The notes beneath the pieces are model-generated. The model had not been told where the DNA came from and searched no databases. It saw nothing but the letters and a program-made list of their open reading frames with translations. This document shows positions 33,658-44,571 of a stretch of DNA of 64,000 bases, piece by piece (the first letter of the stretch is position 1; every line of letters begins with the position of its first letter). The position numbers and the translations under genes were made by a program. Source of the stretch: Podospora anserina (lineage: Eukaryota); NCBI GenBank assembly GCA_017654855.1, contig CM030333.1, positions 2,418,001 to 2,482,000 of the forward strand, given 5' to 3'.

Positions 33658-35002
33658 ATGGCCTCCAGACCGACTGTCACCGTTCTCGGCGCCGATGGCA
33701 AGGCCACCGGCGCCACTGAGGTCCTCCCCAAGGTCTTCAGCGCCCCTATCCGCCCGGATATCGTCAAGCACGTCCACACCGGCATGGCCAAGAACAAGAG
33801 ACAGCCCTACTCCGTCTCCGAGAAGGCTGGTCACCAGACCTCTGCCGAGTCTTGGGGCACTGGTGAGTCGCATTCTTTATGGGTTGTGGGAATCGGGGGA
33901 GCACGAGAGAGAGAGGGGGAAGGAAATATGGGGTTGGGCGGTCGATGGAGACGAGAAAACGAGGAACACCATGCGAGACGAAAACGAGGGGGGTGGGGGG
34001 GGGGAGGGGGAATATCGTCAAAAAGTTGGGTGTGGAATGCTGATTGAGGATGAAATCTAGGTCGCGCTGTCGCCCGTATCCCCCGTGTCTCCGGCGGTGG
34101 TACTCACCGTGCCGGTCAGGCCGCCTTCGGTAACATGTGCCGTTCCGGTCGCATGTTCGCCCCTACCAAGATCTGGCGCAAGTGGCACGTCAAGGTCAAC
34201 CAGGGCCAGAAGTATGTGATATCGAAATTCCGTGGAGATATGGGACGTTGGGTTTCTAACAGGTTTTGACAGGCGTTTCGCTACCGCTTCCGCTCTTGCT
34301 GCCTCTGCCGTCGCTCCTCTCCTGATGGCCCGTGGCCACCAGGTCTCTACCGTTCCCGAGGTTCCCCTCGTCATCGACTCCGCCGCTTTCGGTGTTGCCT
34401 CCAAGACTGCCGCTGCCGTCGGTCTCCTCAAGGCTGTCGGTGCCGGTCCCGAGCTCGAGAAGGTCAAGGCTTCCAAGAAGCTCCGTGCCGGTAAGGGTAA
34501 GCTCAGAGGCCGCCGCCACCGCCAGCGCCGTGGTCCTCTTGTCGTCTACTCTCCCAGCACCGACGGCAAGGAGCTCGTCCAGGGCTTCCGCAACATCCCC
34601 GGTGTCGAGACCAGCCCCGTCGATGCCCTCAACCTCCTCCAGCTCGCCCCCGGTGGCCACCTCGGTCGCTTCGTCATCTGGACTTCCGCCGCCATCAAGG
34701 AGCTTGATGCCGTCTACGAGTCCAAGAAGGGCTTCTTCCTCCCCTCCAACGTTGTCGCCAACGCCGACCTTACCCGTCTCATCAACTCTTCCGAAATCCA
34801 GTCAGTCCTCCGCGCCCCCAAGGGTGAGGCCAAGACCAAGCGTGGCCACGTGCTCAAGAAGAACCCTCTGCGCAACAAGCAGGTTCAGCTCCGCCTTAAC
34901 CCCTATGCCGCCACCTTTGCCAAGGAGAAGCTCGGCGAGGTCAAGGAGGAGGGCAAGCCTGTTCGCGTCAAGGCTGACTTCCTCGGTCAGCTCAAGGAGT
35001 AA
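33658..35002 (+). CDS. RPL4: 60S ribosomal protein L4 (uL4)
   Basis: [69 protein letters not shown]. Introns 33863-34060 and 34212-34272. Strong C/T-ending codon bias. Confidence 0.98.
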
Positions 35003-35518
35003 GCTGCTGGTGGAGTGGAAAAGGGAAAAGAGCGACTGGTTGTGGGTACTTTTATCGGCGTAACGGATAATGGCATCTACGCGTCACATCAATGAATTCT
35101 GATACCAGATTTTGGCCAGGTGGCTGTTGTGATTGGTGACGTGTGACCATGCATGATGATTTTCAGCGTAGCAATAAGACTTTGTCTGAGCCTCACGATA
35201 TGCCTGTCCAGAGTTTTGATTGTTACTTTGTGTTGTACGTCTTTGGGGATTTTGCAAATATCCAGTTCATCCGACAGCCGTCAAAATGCCATCAAAAGGA
35301 GCCAAATCCAGTCATGAACAATTACCAGGCAGTACTTTGATATCCGTTTCGAGGTAATATGTGCTTGATTATGTCTGTTCCTTGTCTACGCTAGATATCG
35401 TATACCGTGACTGTATGTACCCTGTCTCCATGTGTAAGGTATGTTTGTGTATCGCTCGAAGAATATATATACGTTTCTTGAACCCCCTTCCCGTTTCCCA
35501 GCCTTTGTTTTTTCCATC

Positions 35519-36877
35519 TCAAATCCCCACCTCCTTCCCCATCTGAACCACCATCACGTCACCCTCCTCCAAATCCGACGACGACGCCGAGGGTGAAACT
35601 GGTGATATCCGCACGTCCTTTTCTTTTGCATCATTATCATCCTCCCCCCGGCAGAGTAGGATCTCCCTCAACCGCTCCCGCTTCTGCTCCCCGAACCCGA
35701 TGGCATCCAGGTACCCGTCCACGCCCCCGTAGGTTGCGTCCAGCCAGGAGATCACCGACGATACCATGGCTTGGTCTGTCTCGGCGAACGAGTCGGGGAG
35801 GCCGACCTCGCGGACCTCGGCGAGGCGGATGGAGCGGATGAGGGGGGAGGTCGAGTTTGTGAGGTGGTAGTCGTGGGTTATGGCTTGGACTGGGGTGTGG
35901 AGGATGAGGAGGATGAGGAGGGCCAGGAGGCCGGTGCGGTCTTTTCCTTGGGTGCAGTGGATTATTTTGGGATGGCCGGAGAGGCAGGAGGAGAGGCAGA
36001 GGGAGATGGAGGGGGAGGAGTGGGAGAGGGTGTTGAGGGAGAGAGAGGGGAGGCCTAGCGGGCCGAGGGCGTGGGTTGAGATTAGGGAGATTGCGTGGGG
36101 GCGGGAGAGGGGGTAGAGGAGGAGGAATTTACTGGGTTCTCTTGTCAGTTACCGGGGGGGGGGCGGTATAGAGAGGTTGAAATGATAGGATGGATGAAAC
36201 GTGAAGATGAGGCTGGTTTTGAGGTCTTGATGGTGAAATAGGTCGAGGTAATAGAAAGGGTGTCTTACAAGATGTTGAACCAGGATAGTTGCCAGAGGAG
36301 GAAGAGCTCGAAGCGGCGGGAGGGGAGGATGATGCGGGTGTAGGTGATGCCGGGGATTTTGAGGGGGAGGTTCTTTTGGAGGAATTTGTGCTTTTCTTGG
36401 GCGATGAGGTGCTCGGTTCTGTGGGGAGGTTAGTATGAGATTAGATGAGAGACATACAACAGCATTATGTGGAAAGCAGTCTGTCTAGGTATACATGACC
36501 CAAGACATTGGCAACGTGACCAGTGTAACATGAACAAAAAGTACATTCAGAGTTCATGATCAGAAGAAATGATAGTAAATAGGGGCAGTACTTTGACCGG
36601 AGATCAATCACCGATTTGATGCCATAGACCTCTGTGAGACGGATCCTGTCTTTGTACGAAGCATCGTCCAATTTTGCCGAACGGAAAAGAATGCCTTCTT
36701 TGAGTACTCTATGGAATCAATGTTAATCACACTGCATCTACACGACTTGTAAGAATGTGGACATCTCTACCTCTTCCCCAGAAATGCATTCACCGTCTTG
36801 CCGACATCACGAAAGTTGATAATGCCGTCAAACTCATTGTACTCGGTGTCCTCGAGTTCGGACCATGTATCAAGCAT
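35519..36877 (-). CDS. Tyrosine/dual-specificity phosphatase, Y_phosphatase3 (IphP/MptpB-like) family
   Basis: Four exons: MLDTWSELEDTEYNEFDGIINFRDVG..LFRSA..GIKSVIDLRS..IIHCTQGKDRTGL..DY..S..YGGVDGYLDAIGF. Confidence 0.88.
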
Positions 36878-38114
36878 GGTGATATGCCCAGGGCTTGGAG
36901 GAGGCAAAGCTTTACACGCGATTGGCTAGTTGGGGAGTCGATGCTGTGGGCGGTCATGTGAAGGCTGCTTGATGGCTTGGAGCTTGTGGTGGACAAGTGG
37001 TGAGCTGTTTTGCTCGATCACGAGTCAAGGGTTTCGAGGCGGCGCACAGACGACGTTTCGTGATCGCCAATGGTGGGTGAGCCCGGCGGAGTGGATAGCA
37101 GGGGTGAATTTCAGCGGGGTTTTGGCGTAGGGCGGGGTTGAGGATGTGAGTGCATCACGACACACATCACGGGTTTTTTGGAAGACAGAAGAGAGGCAGA
37201 GAGATTTTGAAAGTGTACTTGTCATTGTGGCATTTGCTACTTCGTATTTCCTTATTTCCGGGGAGGGAGGTAGGCAACTTTGGGATAGGCGAGAATGGGT
37301 GTCACCGGAAATGCTATGTGGTATTATGTCTCCCAGTACTACCGCCTGCACCAGTGGTTGTTCGGTTCTTCAGACATCTCGAAGTACATAGAACAGGCTG
37401 ATGTCGATAGATGAAACAGAGGGGACCTACAGGTATTTCAACGATGTGTGGCTTTCTCAATGCCAAGCCATCCGTGGCCTGTGCAGCTGATGGTTGCTGT
37501 GGCGGCGCTGGGCGGGGATCCCAAGCCACCTGAACTCAGCTGCTTTTGGCACTCGCAGCGGGTCAACTGCAGGGTTGCACTGCAGCTGTCGACGGTGTGA
37601 GAGGGCGAGCTGCTGATGAGGGCGATGACGTCGGCCAGGCTAGATGACGATGCTTTGTCCAGTAAGCCGCCGAACGGCCAACAGTCTGGAGATGAACGCC
37701 GTCTTATCTCTTGGAACACAAAGCCCTCATAGCCTAGAACTGGGTCCAGCTCCATTTCCTTTTGCCCAACATCAGACCAACTCTGCTGGCCCTTATGATC
37801 GCGCTCATCAGACAATCCAATACAAACGCTGAGACCGACCTATCCGACCAGGCTGTCTATCAATCTATTGCCTACCTATTCTCACCACCGAGCTGGCTAC
37901 CCCATCTCACCGATCACCTGCATCTTTTGTTGTGCCTGGAATATTGAATTTTGTCTACAGCACAACTCACTGCCTACGTAAAGTCGCAAATCATCTCCGC
38001 CATCTGCCTGAACTGGGACTTTGGGCTTTTCTTGTGCAACTTGGTTTTTCCATTCACGAATCTCAATCAATTGCGCAACCTTCATACCTGAACATTCACA
38101 ACATACATAGCGCA

Positions 38115-40743
38115 ATGGTGTCGGCGTCACTAACCACACACAGGGTCGCACCTCGTCCCATAGCTCCGAGTAAGTTCCTTGCGGAGGTTCCTTCCTCTGA
38201 CTTGCCCCATTGTTTACGTCAACTTACAACTCTGCAGATAATACGGGCCGCCTGAGATATGCAAACGCCGAAGACCTTCCCGGCTACCCATCTGCTGGAT
38301 TGACCGAGGGGAGCGCTGCTGCTGCGAGTGCTGCCACACTAGGCTGGGCAAACAGAAAACCGACAGAAGTCTGGAAGCCCAACTCCAACATCACCAGTAC
38401 ATCCGCCTCAACCGCCGCGCTCTTGGCTGCCGGCAACAAGACATCACCAGTCGGCCGTGAGAACCAGCCCGTTGGCACCGCCGGATCTCAAGCCGCTGTG
38501 GCTGCTAGTTCAGCACAACGGCAACCGAAAGCACCATCATCACCGCCATCGCAGTGGGTGTCGTCAGCGGCAAACCTGGCTTTTAGTGCTAACAAACCGC
38601 CGCCGCCGCCAACCATCACCGTATCAAATGCAGCTGGGACGACCCCGGAACCAGCTACTCTTGGGAGGCAGAACTCTCTGCGCGCCGCCAAGGGGGCCAT
38701 GGCAGGTTTGAGACCACGAGCAAAGTCGACTCCTCAACCTGTGGTGCAAGAGACATATCCTGACCAAGCGAACTCCGCTTCGAATGCCCTGAGCGCTGCC
38801 ACAATAGCACACCGACCAACGCTATCCGAAACGGGAGGAGCCGTTCCATTCACCACCATGGACAGGAGGATGTTTACTTCGAACCCACCCGTCAGGCTTG
38901 AAGTGGAGGAAAAGCAGAGAGCCGATGTGCTTCATGCTTCAGCAGTGGCCATGGCCAAGAGAATGTATAACCAACAGCAACGTCGGACAGAGGAGAGCAC
39001 AAAAGCACATGCCCGATCCTCATCATTCCCCCGACACGATCCAAATCGCCCGCTAGATGCCGATGAAGAACCTCCCGTCATGCATAATAACCTGCAGGAG
39101 GCAGCATATCGATTGGCGCAGGAACGCCTTGCTAAACTGCAGGAGGAGCATCAGAAGAATCGGGACATGTCGGACTATTATGGAACACCAGGAGGGCCAA
39201 GCCGCACCAAGTTCGGAACGATCAGAGGGAGGCTCACTAGGAAACGCTCCTCTAGTGACGGAGATCTCCTTGAGGACCAACGACGTTCCCAGCACATCCG
39301 GAAGCAAATGTCGATGCTGAATAGCAAGCTGTCCGAGGTCGATGAAGAGAAACGAGCCAAGGACCGGCAAGCTTTACTTGCCGCTGCTCAACGCAACGTA
39401 CGGGCTCAACTTCACGACATGGACGAGAAGGTGCTGGCAGAAAAGGGCGGAATCAAGGCGAAGCCCATGGGTGATTGGGAACGCAAAGCCTTGATAGCTG
39501 CTCAGACGAGGTTCGACGAGAACAATACTTCGTATCACTCTGGAAAGATTGATATCGGTGGTGGAAAGTTTATGGACCAGTCTGAGGTGGACGCGATTGC
39601 CGCCAGAAAGGTTCAACCTTTGCTGGACGAAATTAACGAGAGGGCTGAACGTGAACAGGCGAGATTAGAGGAGGAGCGTCTGGAAGAAGAGAGACGGCGG
39701 GAAGAGGCTGAGAGGGAAAGGCTGAGAGAGAAAGAGGTACAAGATATTCATAAGAAACTCAAAGGTATGTTACTTCTCTCTTCCAGTGTCGTCTCAGCTG
39801 CTAACATTTTCAAGACCAACAGAAGGAAGACGAAAAGGCTCGCAAAGCTGAGCTCAAGGAAGAAAACAAGAGACGCAAGGAGGAAATCAAAGCCATCAAA
39901 CAGGAGCATAAGCTGGCGACGATGGAGGGTAAACAGAAGGAGAAGGAGGTGATTGGCCCCCCACCAGCAGTTGACACCGAAGAGACAGCCGTCGAGCCCG
40001 TCGCCGAGCCATCACCGGAGACAGAGGACAAGCAACCCACCACCGCGCACCGGCACGCCCTCTCCATCAGCTTCCCCCGCCGGAAAAAGATCACCAAAGA
40101 AACACCCTCCTCACCTGAAAAATCCCCCAAATCAGAAGGAGAATCCCACGGCAGAGTCCGCACCTGGCTTCTATCCCGGCTCCCCCGTCCTCGCGCCAAA
40201 TCCTCCAGCGCAGCAGAAGGCCCCAACGACCCAAGCACAGCCAAAAAAGGGGCCTTCATAGGCGGAGGAGCCCTTGCTCGCTTGGCACACAACAACTCCA
40301 GCTCCCCATCCGTAGCCGGCTCCCAACCCCAGGCAGCGATTAACCGCCCTTCCACCTCGGGAGCAGACTACCTTGGAACTAGCTCCTCCCTGCACGAAGT
40401 CGCGATGGCAGGCAGACCACAACCCCACGACGAGCCCGGGGAGGCAAGTGGGCTGAACCCTCCTCCACCTGCGATTGTCCGTCCGGTTACGCCAGCGAGG
40501 ACGATATCGCAAGTTAGCGTGCCTGTCTCGGATGTCTCGGAGAGGACGGTGAGCAGTTTGAGTAGTAGTGATGACGGGCATACGGTGGATAAGTTTGTCG
40601 AGGCTAGGAGTCAACTGGGGAGTCCGCTGACGCCGCCGAGGACGCTGGGTGGGAGCTTGGGGGTCCCTGTTGCGGGGAGCAATGGGAGGTCGAGTCCGTT
40701 GGGGAGGAGGGAGTCGAGGTTTTCGGAGAATTTGTCGGAGTAG
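38115..40743 (+). CDS. Eisosome protein 1 (Eis1)-like coiled-coil protein
   Basis: Ala/Ser-rich repeats, NLQEAAYRLAQERLAKL, LLAAAQRNVRAQL and KIDIGGGKFMDQSEVDAIAARKVQPLLDEINERAE (resembles the Eisosome1 domain). Introns 38170-38237 and 39765-39814. Confidence 0.75.
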
Positions 40744-41065
40744 GAGACGACTGAGACGATGACGGGGTGGTTGATGGGGTGGTTCTGGAGGAGGGGGTGA
40801 AATATGGGTACAGGTGGCGTCTTAGTAATGGTGTTGTGGCTGGAAGTAAGCAACTTTGTCACTGGTTTGGGGAATAGCGTCAAGTTTGTAATGTTGGGCA
40901 ACGGTGTCCTAGCAATAACAGAATGCGCGGTCATTCTGTCTTGTATTTCACTTTTGTTTCGTTTATACGACCATTCATATACCCTGTGCTGTGCTTCCCT
41001 CGAGGCCCTTTCCCAAATGTCCCAAACGCCGACCAATGCGATATTTCCGTATTCATCCTGTCTCC

Positions 41066-42334
41066 CTATTTCATAGCCCCAAAATCCAGCTTCCTCGCCA
41101 CTTTGCTCCCCCTATCCTCCCCCTCCAAAACCCCATTCCTCCTCTTCAAATCCGCCCCCATCTTTTCTTCCCCCCCCCCGCTCTTCCTCGGCAAATCTTC
41201 CTTTCTCGTCGGCTTCGGCTCCGTCCTCCACCACCTGTGCTCCAGCATCTCCCTGGCCGTGATCCTCTTCTTCGGATCCAACGCCAACGTCTTGACCAAC
41301 AAATCCACCCCCTCCGACCCCACCGCCCCGAACCGTCCCATGTACGCCTCTTTTCCCCACACAGGCGTCACCTCGCTGGGGACGGTATACTGGCTCAACT
41401 GCGTCACGCCCGGCCAGTTATCTTCCGTCGGCGTCCCAATCTGCTTGCAGATCAGCGCGATCTGTTCCACCTCTGTGTTGCCCGGGAGATACGCGGTTCG
41501 AATGATCAGCTCGGCGAACACCATGCCCACAGACCATATATCCACCGCGCCCGAGTAGTGCCTTGCGCCAAAGAGGAGCTCAGGAGGGCGGTACCAGCGG
41601 GTGATGACCGTGGCCGTCATCCTCCACCCCGGATCGGAGAACCCCCTCGCCAGACCGAAATCAGCGAGCTTGACCTCCCCATCAGCGGCGATGAGTAAAT
41701 TGTTTGGTTTGATATCCCTGTGCAAGACGTAATTCTCGTGGCAGAACCAGACCGCCCTCGTGAGCATGCCCATCCAGGCTTTTATATCCCCCGCGCCGTA
41801 CCGGACCCTGTCGACGTCCTTGATGAGCATTTCCAGGTCCCCGAGGGGGAGGTACTCGAGTACTAGATTCAAGTTTTGGTCTTTGGAGGAGAAGACGGAG
41901 TAGAGCTGGATGATGTTTGGGTGGCCGCGGAGTTCTTGGAGGTGTTTCAGCTCTCGTACGGCGTCGGGGGCGAGGCCGTCGTTGTATTGGGCTTGGACTT
42001 TTATCTTTTTGATGGCGACGAGGGAGGTTGGGTCGGAGCGGGAGTGCCCCAAGTAGACGTTGGCGTAGGTGCCTTCGCCTAGTTTGCGGCCTTTGACGTA
42101 TTTGCGCTTTTCGAGCTCGTTCATTTGCTCGATTGGGTCGAGGGTGAGGGAGGGAGGGGGGGTGGTGGAGGAGGAGGGGTCTTGTCGGGGGAGGGGGAGG
42201 ATTGGTTTGGCTGCTGAGAGGGGAGCACCGCTTGGGGTGCCATTGCTGGAGGTTTGTTGAGAGGAGGGGGGTTGGCGTTTGTGAGGGGAGCTGAGAGATG
42301 GTTGGGGGGGGTAGACTAGGGGGGAGACGGCCAT
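41066..42334 (-). CDS. KIN28: TFIIH kinase Kin28/CDK7 (Mcs6)
   Basis: LGEGTYANVY, VAIKKIK, DGLAPDAVRELK, NLNLVLEYL, HRDIKPNNLL, ADFGLAR and VITRWYRPPELLFGARHY; intronless. Confidence 0.95.
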   Translation of the reverse strand: MAVSPLVYPPQPSLSSPHKRQPPSSQQTSSNGTPSGAPLSAAKPILPLPRQDPSSSTTPPPSLTLDPIEQMNELEKRKYVKGRKLGEGTYANVYLGHSRSDPTSLVAIKKIKVQAQYNDGLAPDAVRELKHLQELRGHPNIIQLYSVFSSKDQNLNLVLEYLPLGDLEMLIKDVDRVRYGAGDIKAWMGMLTRAVWFCHENYVLHRDIKPNNLLIAADGEVKLADFGLARGFSDPGWRMTATVITRWYRPPELLFGARHYSGAVDIWSVGMVFAELIIRTAYLPGNTEVEQIALICKQIGTPTEDNWPGVTQLSQYTVPSEVTPVWGKEAYMGRFGAVGSEGVDLLVKTLALDPKKRITAREMLEHRWWRTEPKPTRKEDLPRKSGGGEEKMGADLKRRNGVLEGEDRGSKVARKLDFGAMK

Positions 42335-42388
42335 GGTCGCGGTGGCGGTGGTGAGGTGAGGTTGTGGTCAGTATGTATCGTGGGTTGT

Positions 42389-42431
42389 TGGAAAGTCAAT
42401 CTGGAAAGTCAATCTGGAAAGTCAATCTGGA
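42389..42431. repeat. 13-bp tandem repeat (TGGAAAGTCAATC)x3 just upstream of the KIN28 ATG
   Basis: Directly visible perfect triplication. Confidence 0.95.
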
Positions 42432-43107
42432 GTTCAGCCTTGCAGTAGCCGTCCGTGTGTGGGGAAGGTTTGATTCCATTAGGGCGGTGAAAGACGGGTG
42501 ACAAAGCGTTGACAGGGGTCTGCTGTATCTTCGATCCGCCAAGCCCACTATAAATCGGCAGAGCCCCCGCCCGTTGGAAGGGTCCACACTGCAGCGCCGC
42601 TGGAGTCACTGCGTCACCTCACCAGCATGGCCCTTCCTGACGTCACGCAAACCGGCAACGAACCATCTGGTCATGCTCCTGTCAACTCATGTCCCTGTTG
42701 CACCACCACTTTGATAGCCAGTTCGGACTTGCAGCTTCCCGTGTTCCCGACAGAAGAGGTTTCGAGAGATAGGAGAAGAAAACACAGGCTGGCAGCACGT
42801 CTCTCTCTTGTCTGACCCTTAACTCCGCCCTTTTTTGAACACGCAAGCAAGCAATGCCGATGATGGGAACACGGCTTATAATACAGCTAAGAAGACGATG
42901 ATACCCCCATAGCCGCGTTGTGTCTCCTCGGGTTTTTTTTGCTTTTCTCTCTGGTCCCATATTGAATCGCCTTGATTCCCACCTCTTGATTTTTCATCCC
43001 AGCTTTTTTTCCCACTCACTATTCAGAGTGTCACCCTCGTTTGTTGTTGAGGCGAGGTCATCAACACCAACCAGCACTTGGAGGCACCACATATCAAACA
43101 AACAAAC

Positions 43108-43108
<1 letters not shown>

Positions 43109-43170
<62 letters not shown>
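43109..43170. repeat. (AC)31 microsatellite upstream of the SFK1-like gene
   Basis: Directly visible; it explains the (HT)n and (VC)n ORF artefacts. Confidence 0.97.
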
Positions 43171-43172
<2 letters not shown>

Positions 43173-43219
43173 CCACTGTCTCATAGCACTAGACCGCTCA
43201 CCACTCACAACCGCCCAAA

Positions 43220-44271
43220 ATGCGCCACCTCCCCTACCTCTCCTACTACCTCTACCCCATCCTCGCAGGCCTCATCTGGCTAGCCACCCTCCTCGCCCTC
43301 CTCATCCACTGGCTCGTCCCCCCCGTCTCCCGAGCGCACTACCCCTCCATGGCAGCCTCCCAACAAATAGCCTACATCTCCGACGTCGGCGCCTCAACAC
43401 TAAAGCCCCTCTTCATCACCGGCTGCGTCCTCACCACTGTTTTCCTCGACATCTCCTTCGCGGCAGATTACTACCTCCGCCACAAAGGCCGGTTGGTCCC
43501 CAACCAAACCCGGACGGAGACAGTCCTCGCCTTTCTCACCATCGGGTTCGCAATCATTGGAACTGTCGGGTTGATTTTACTCTCGGTGTTCGACACGGCG
43601 AGGTACCCGAAGCTGCACAATATTTTTTTGCTGCTGTTTATTGGGGGGTATGTGCTGTCGGCGATTTTTATTTGTTGGGAGTATCAACGGTTAGGTCAAC
43701 GTACGCCCCCTCCCCCCCTTTCTTTGCCCCTTCCTTTCCCCCCACTTTCAGGTTACTGACCTTGTGTGATGTGATAGACTATAAACACCACCACCAACTC
43801 TCCACATCCTTCTGGATCAAACTAACATTTGTCATTCTGGAAATCTTGCTAGCGATCGCTTTTGTGTCATGCACATTCACCCAGCACTACAACGCCGGCG
43901 CGGTGTTGGAGTGGGTTATTGCTTTTATCTTTTCGGCGTACGTGTTTAGCTTTGTGGTTGATCTCTGGCCTGCGATCAAGACGCAGCCAAACTTGAATTT
44001 GCACAACCCAAGAGAAAAAGGAATGGTGTTTGAGGGGAATGGGGGGCAGGTGGTGAATGGGAATGGGTATGGGAATGGGGATGGGAATGGGACGGGGGAC
44101 ATGAGGTATGTCGGGGCGAGCGAGATGGAGGAGGGCGGGGGGGAGAGTAGCGGGAGTCATTTGCCCATTCAGGGGTATGGGAATGCAGTGGGCGGTGGGC
44201 CGGTGATGGGGTTGACGGATCACAGTAGCAGGCCGGTGACGAGGGAGAGGGGGTTGGCCGGTAACTTCTAA
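43220..44271 (+). CDS. SFK1: Frag1/DRAM/Sfk1 family membrane protein
   Basis: QQIAYISDVGASTLKPLFI, YLRHKGRL, GLILLSVFDT, LHNIFL, SFWIKL and AGAVLEWVIAFIF. Intron 43701-43777. Confidence 0.88.
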
Positions 44272-44571
44272 TTTTCTGGGTTTTAGCTATGCTTGGAAGG
44301 GAGTTTTAGTTGGGGTTATCTGGTCTGGTCTGTTTTGGGAGAAGGGCGGGGGCTGGATATGGTAGATGTAGATACGATTCTGGTTTTTTGTCTGGTCGTG
44401 TCTGTCGGTAAATTGCATAGCCAAGAGCGCTTCTTCAGAACAAACGTTTGGTGTGGCCGGAAGTTATCCCTTCGTTTTATTTTCGAAGTCTGTGAACCCA
44501 TATATTGCCGTGGAGAAACGTTCCTCGTACTCATCAATCATAAACATCAACGCTAGTCTTTTACCGCTTAC

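Noticed and set aside
35153..35189. C/D snoRNA-like ATGATGA..CTGA downstream of RPL4
   Set aside because: Only ~37 nt between the boxes, no terminal stem and no recognisable rRNA antisense; probably 3'-UTR sequence.
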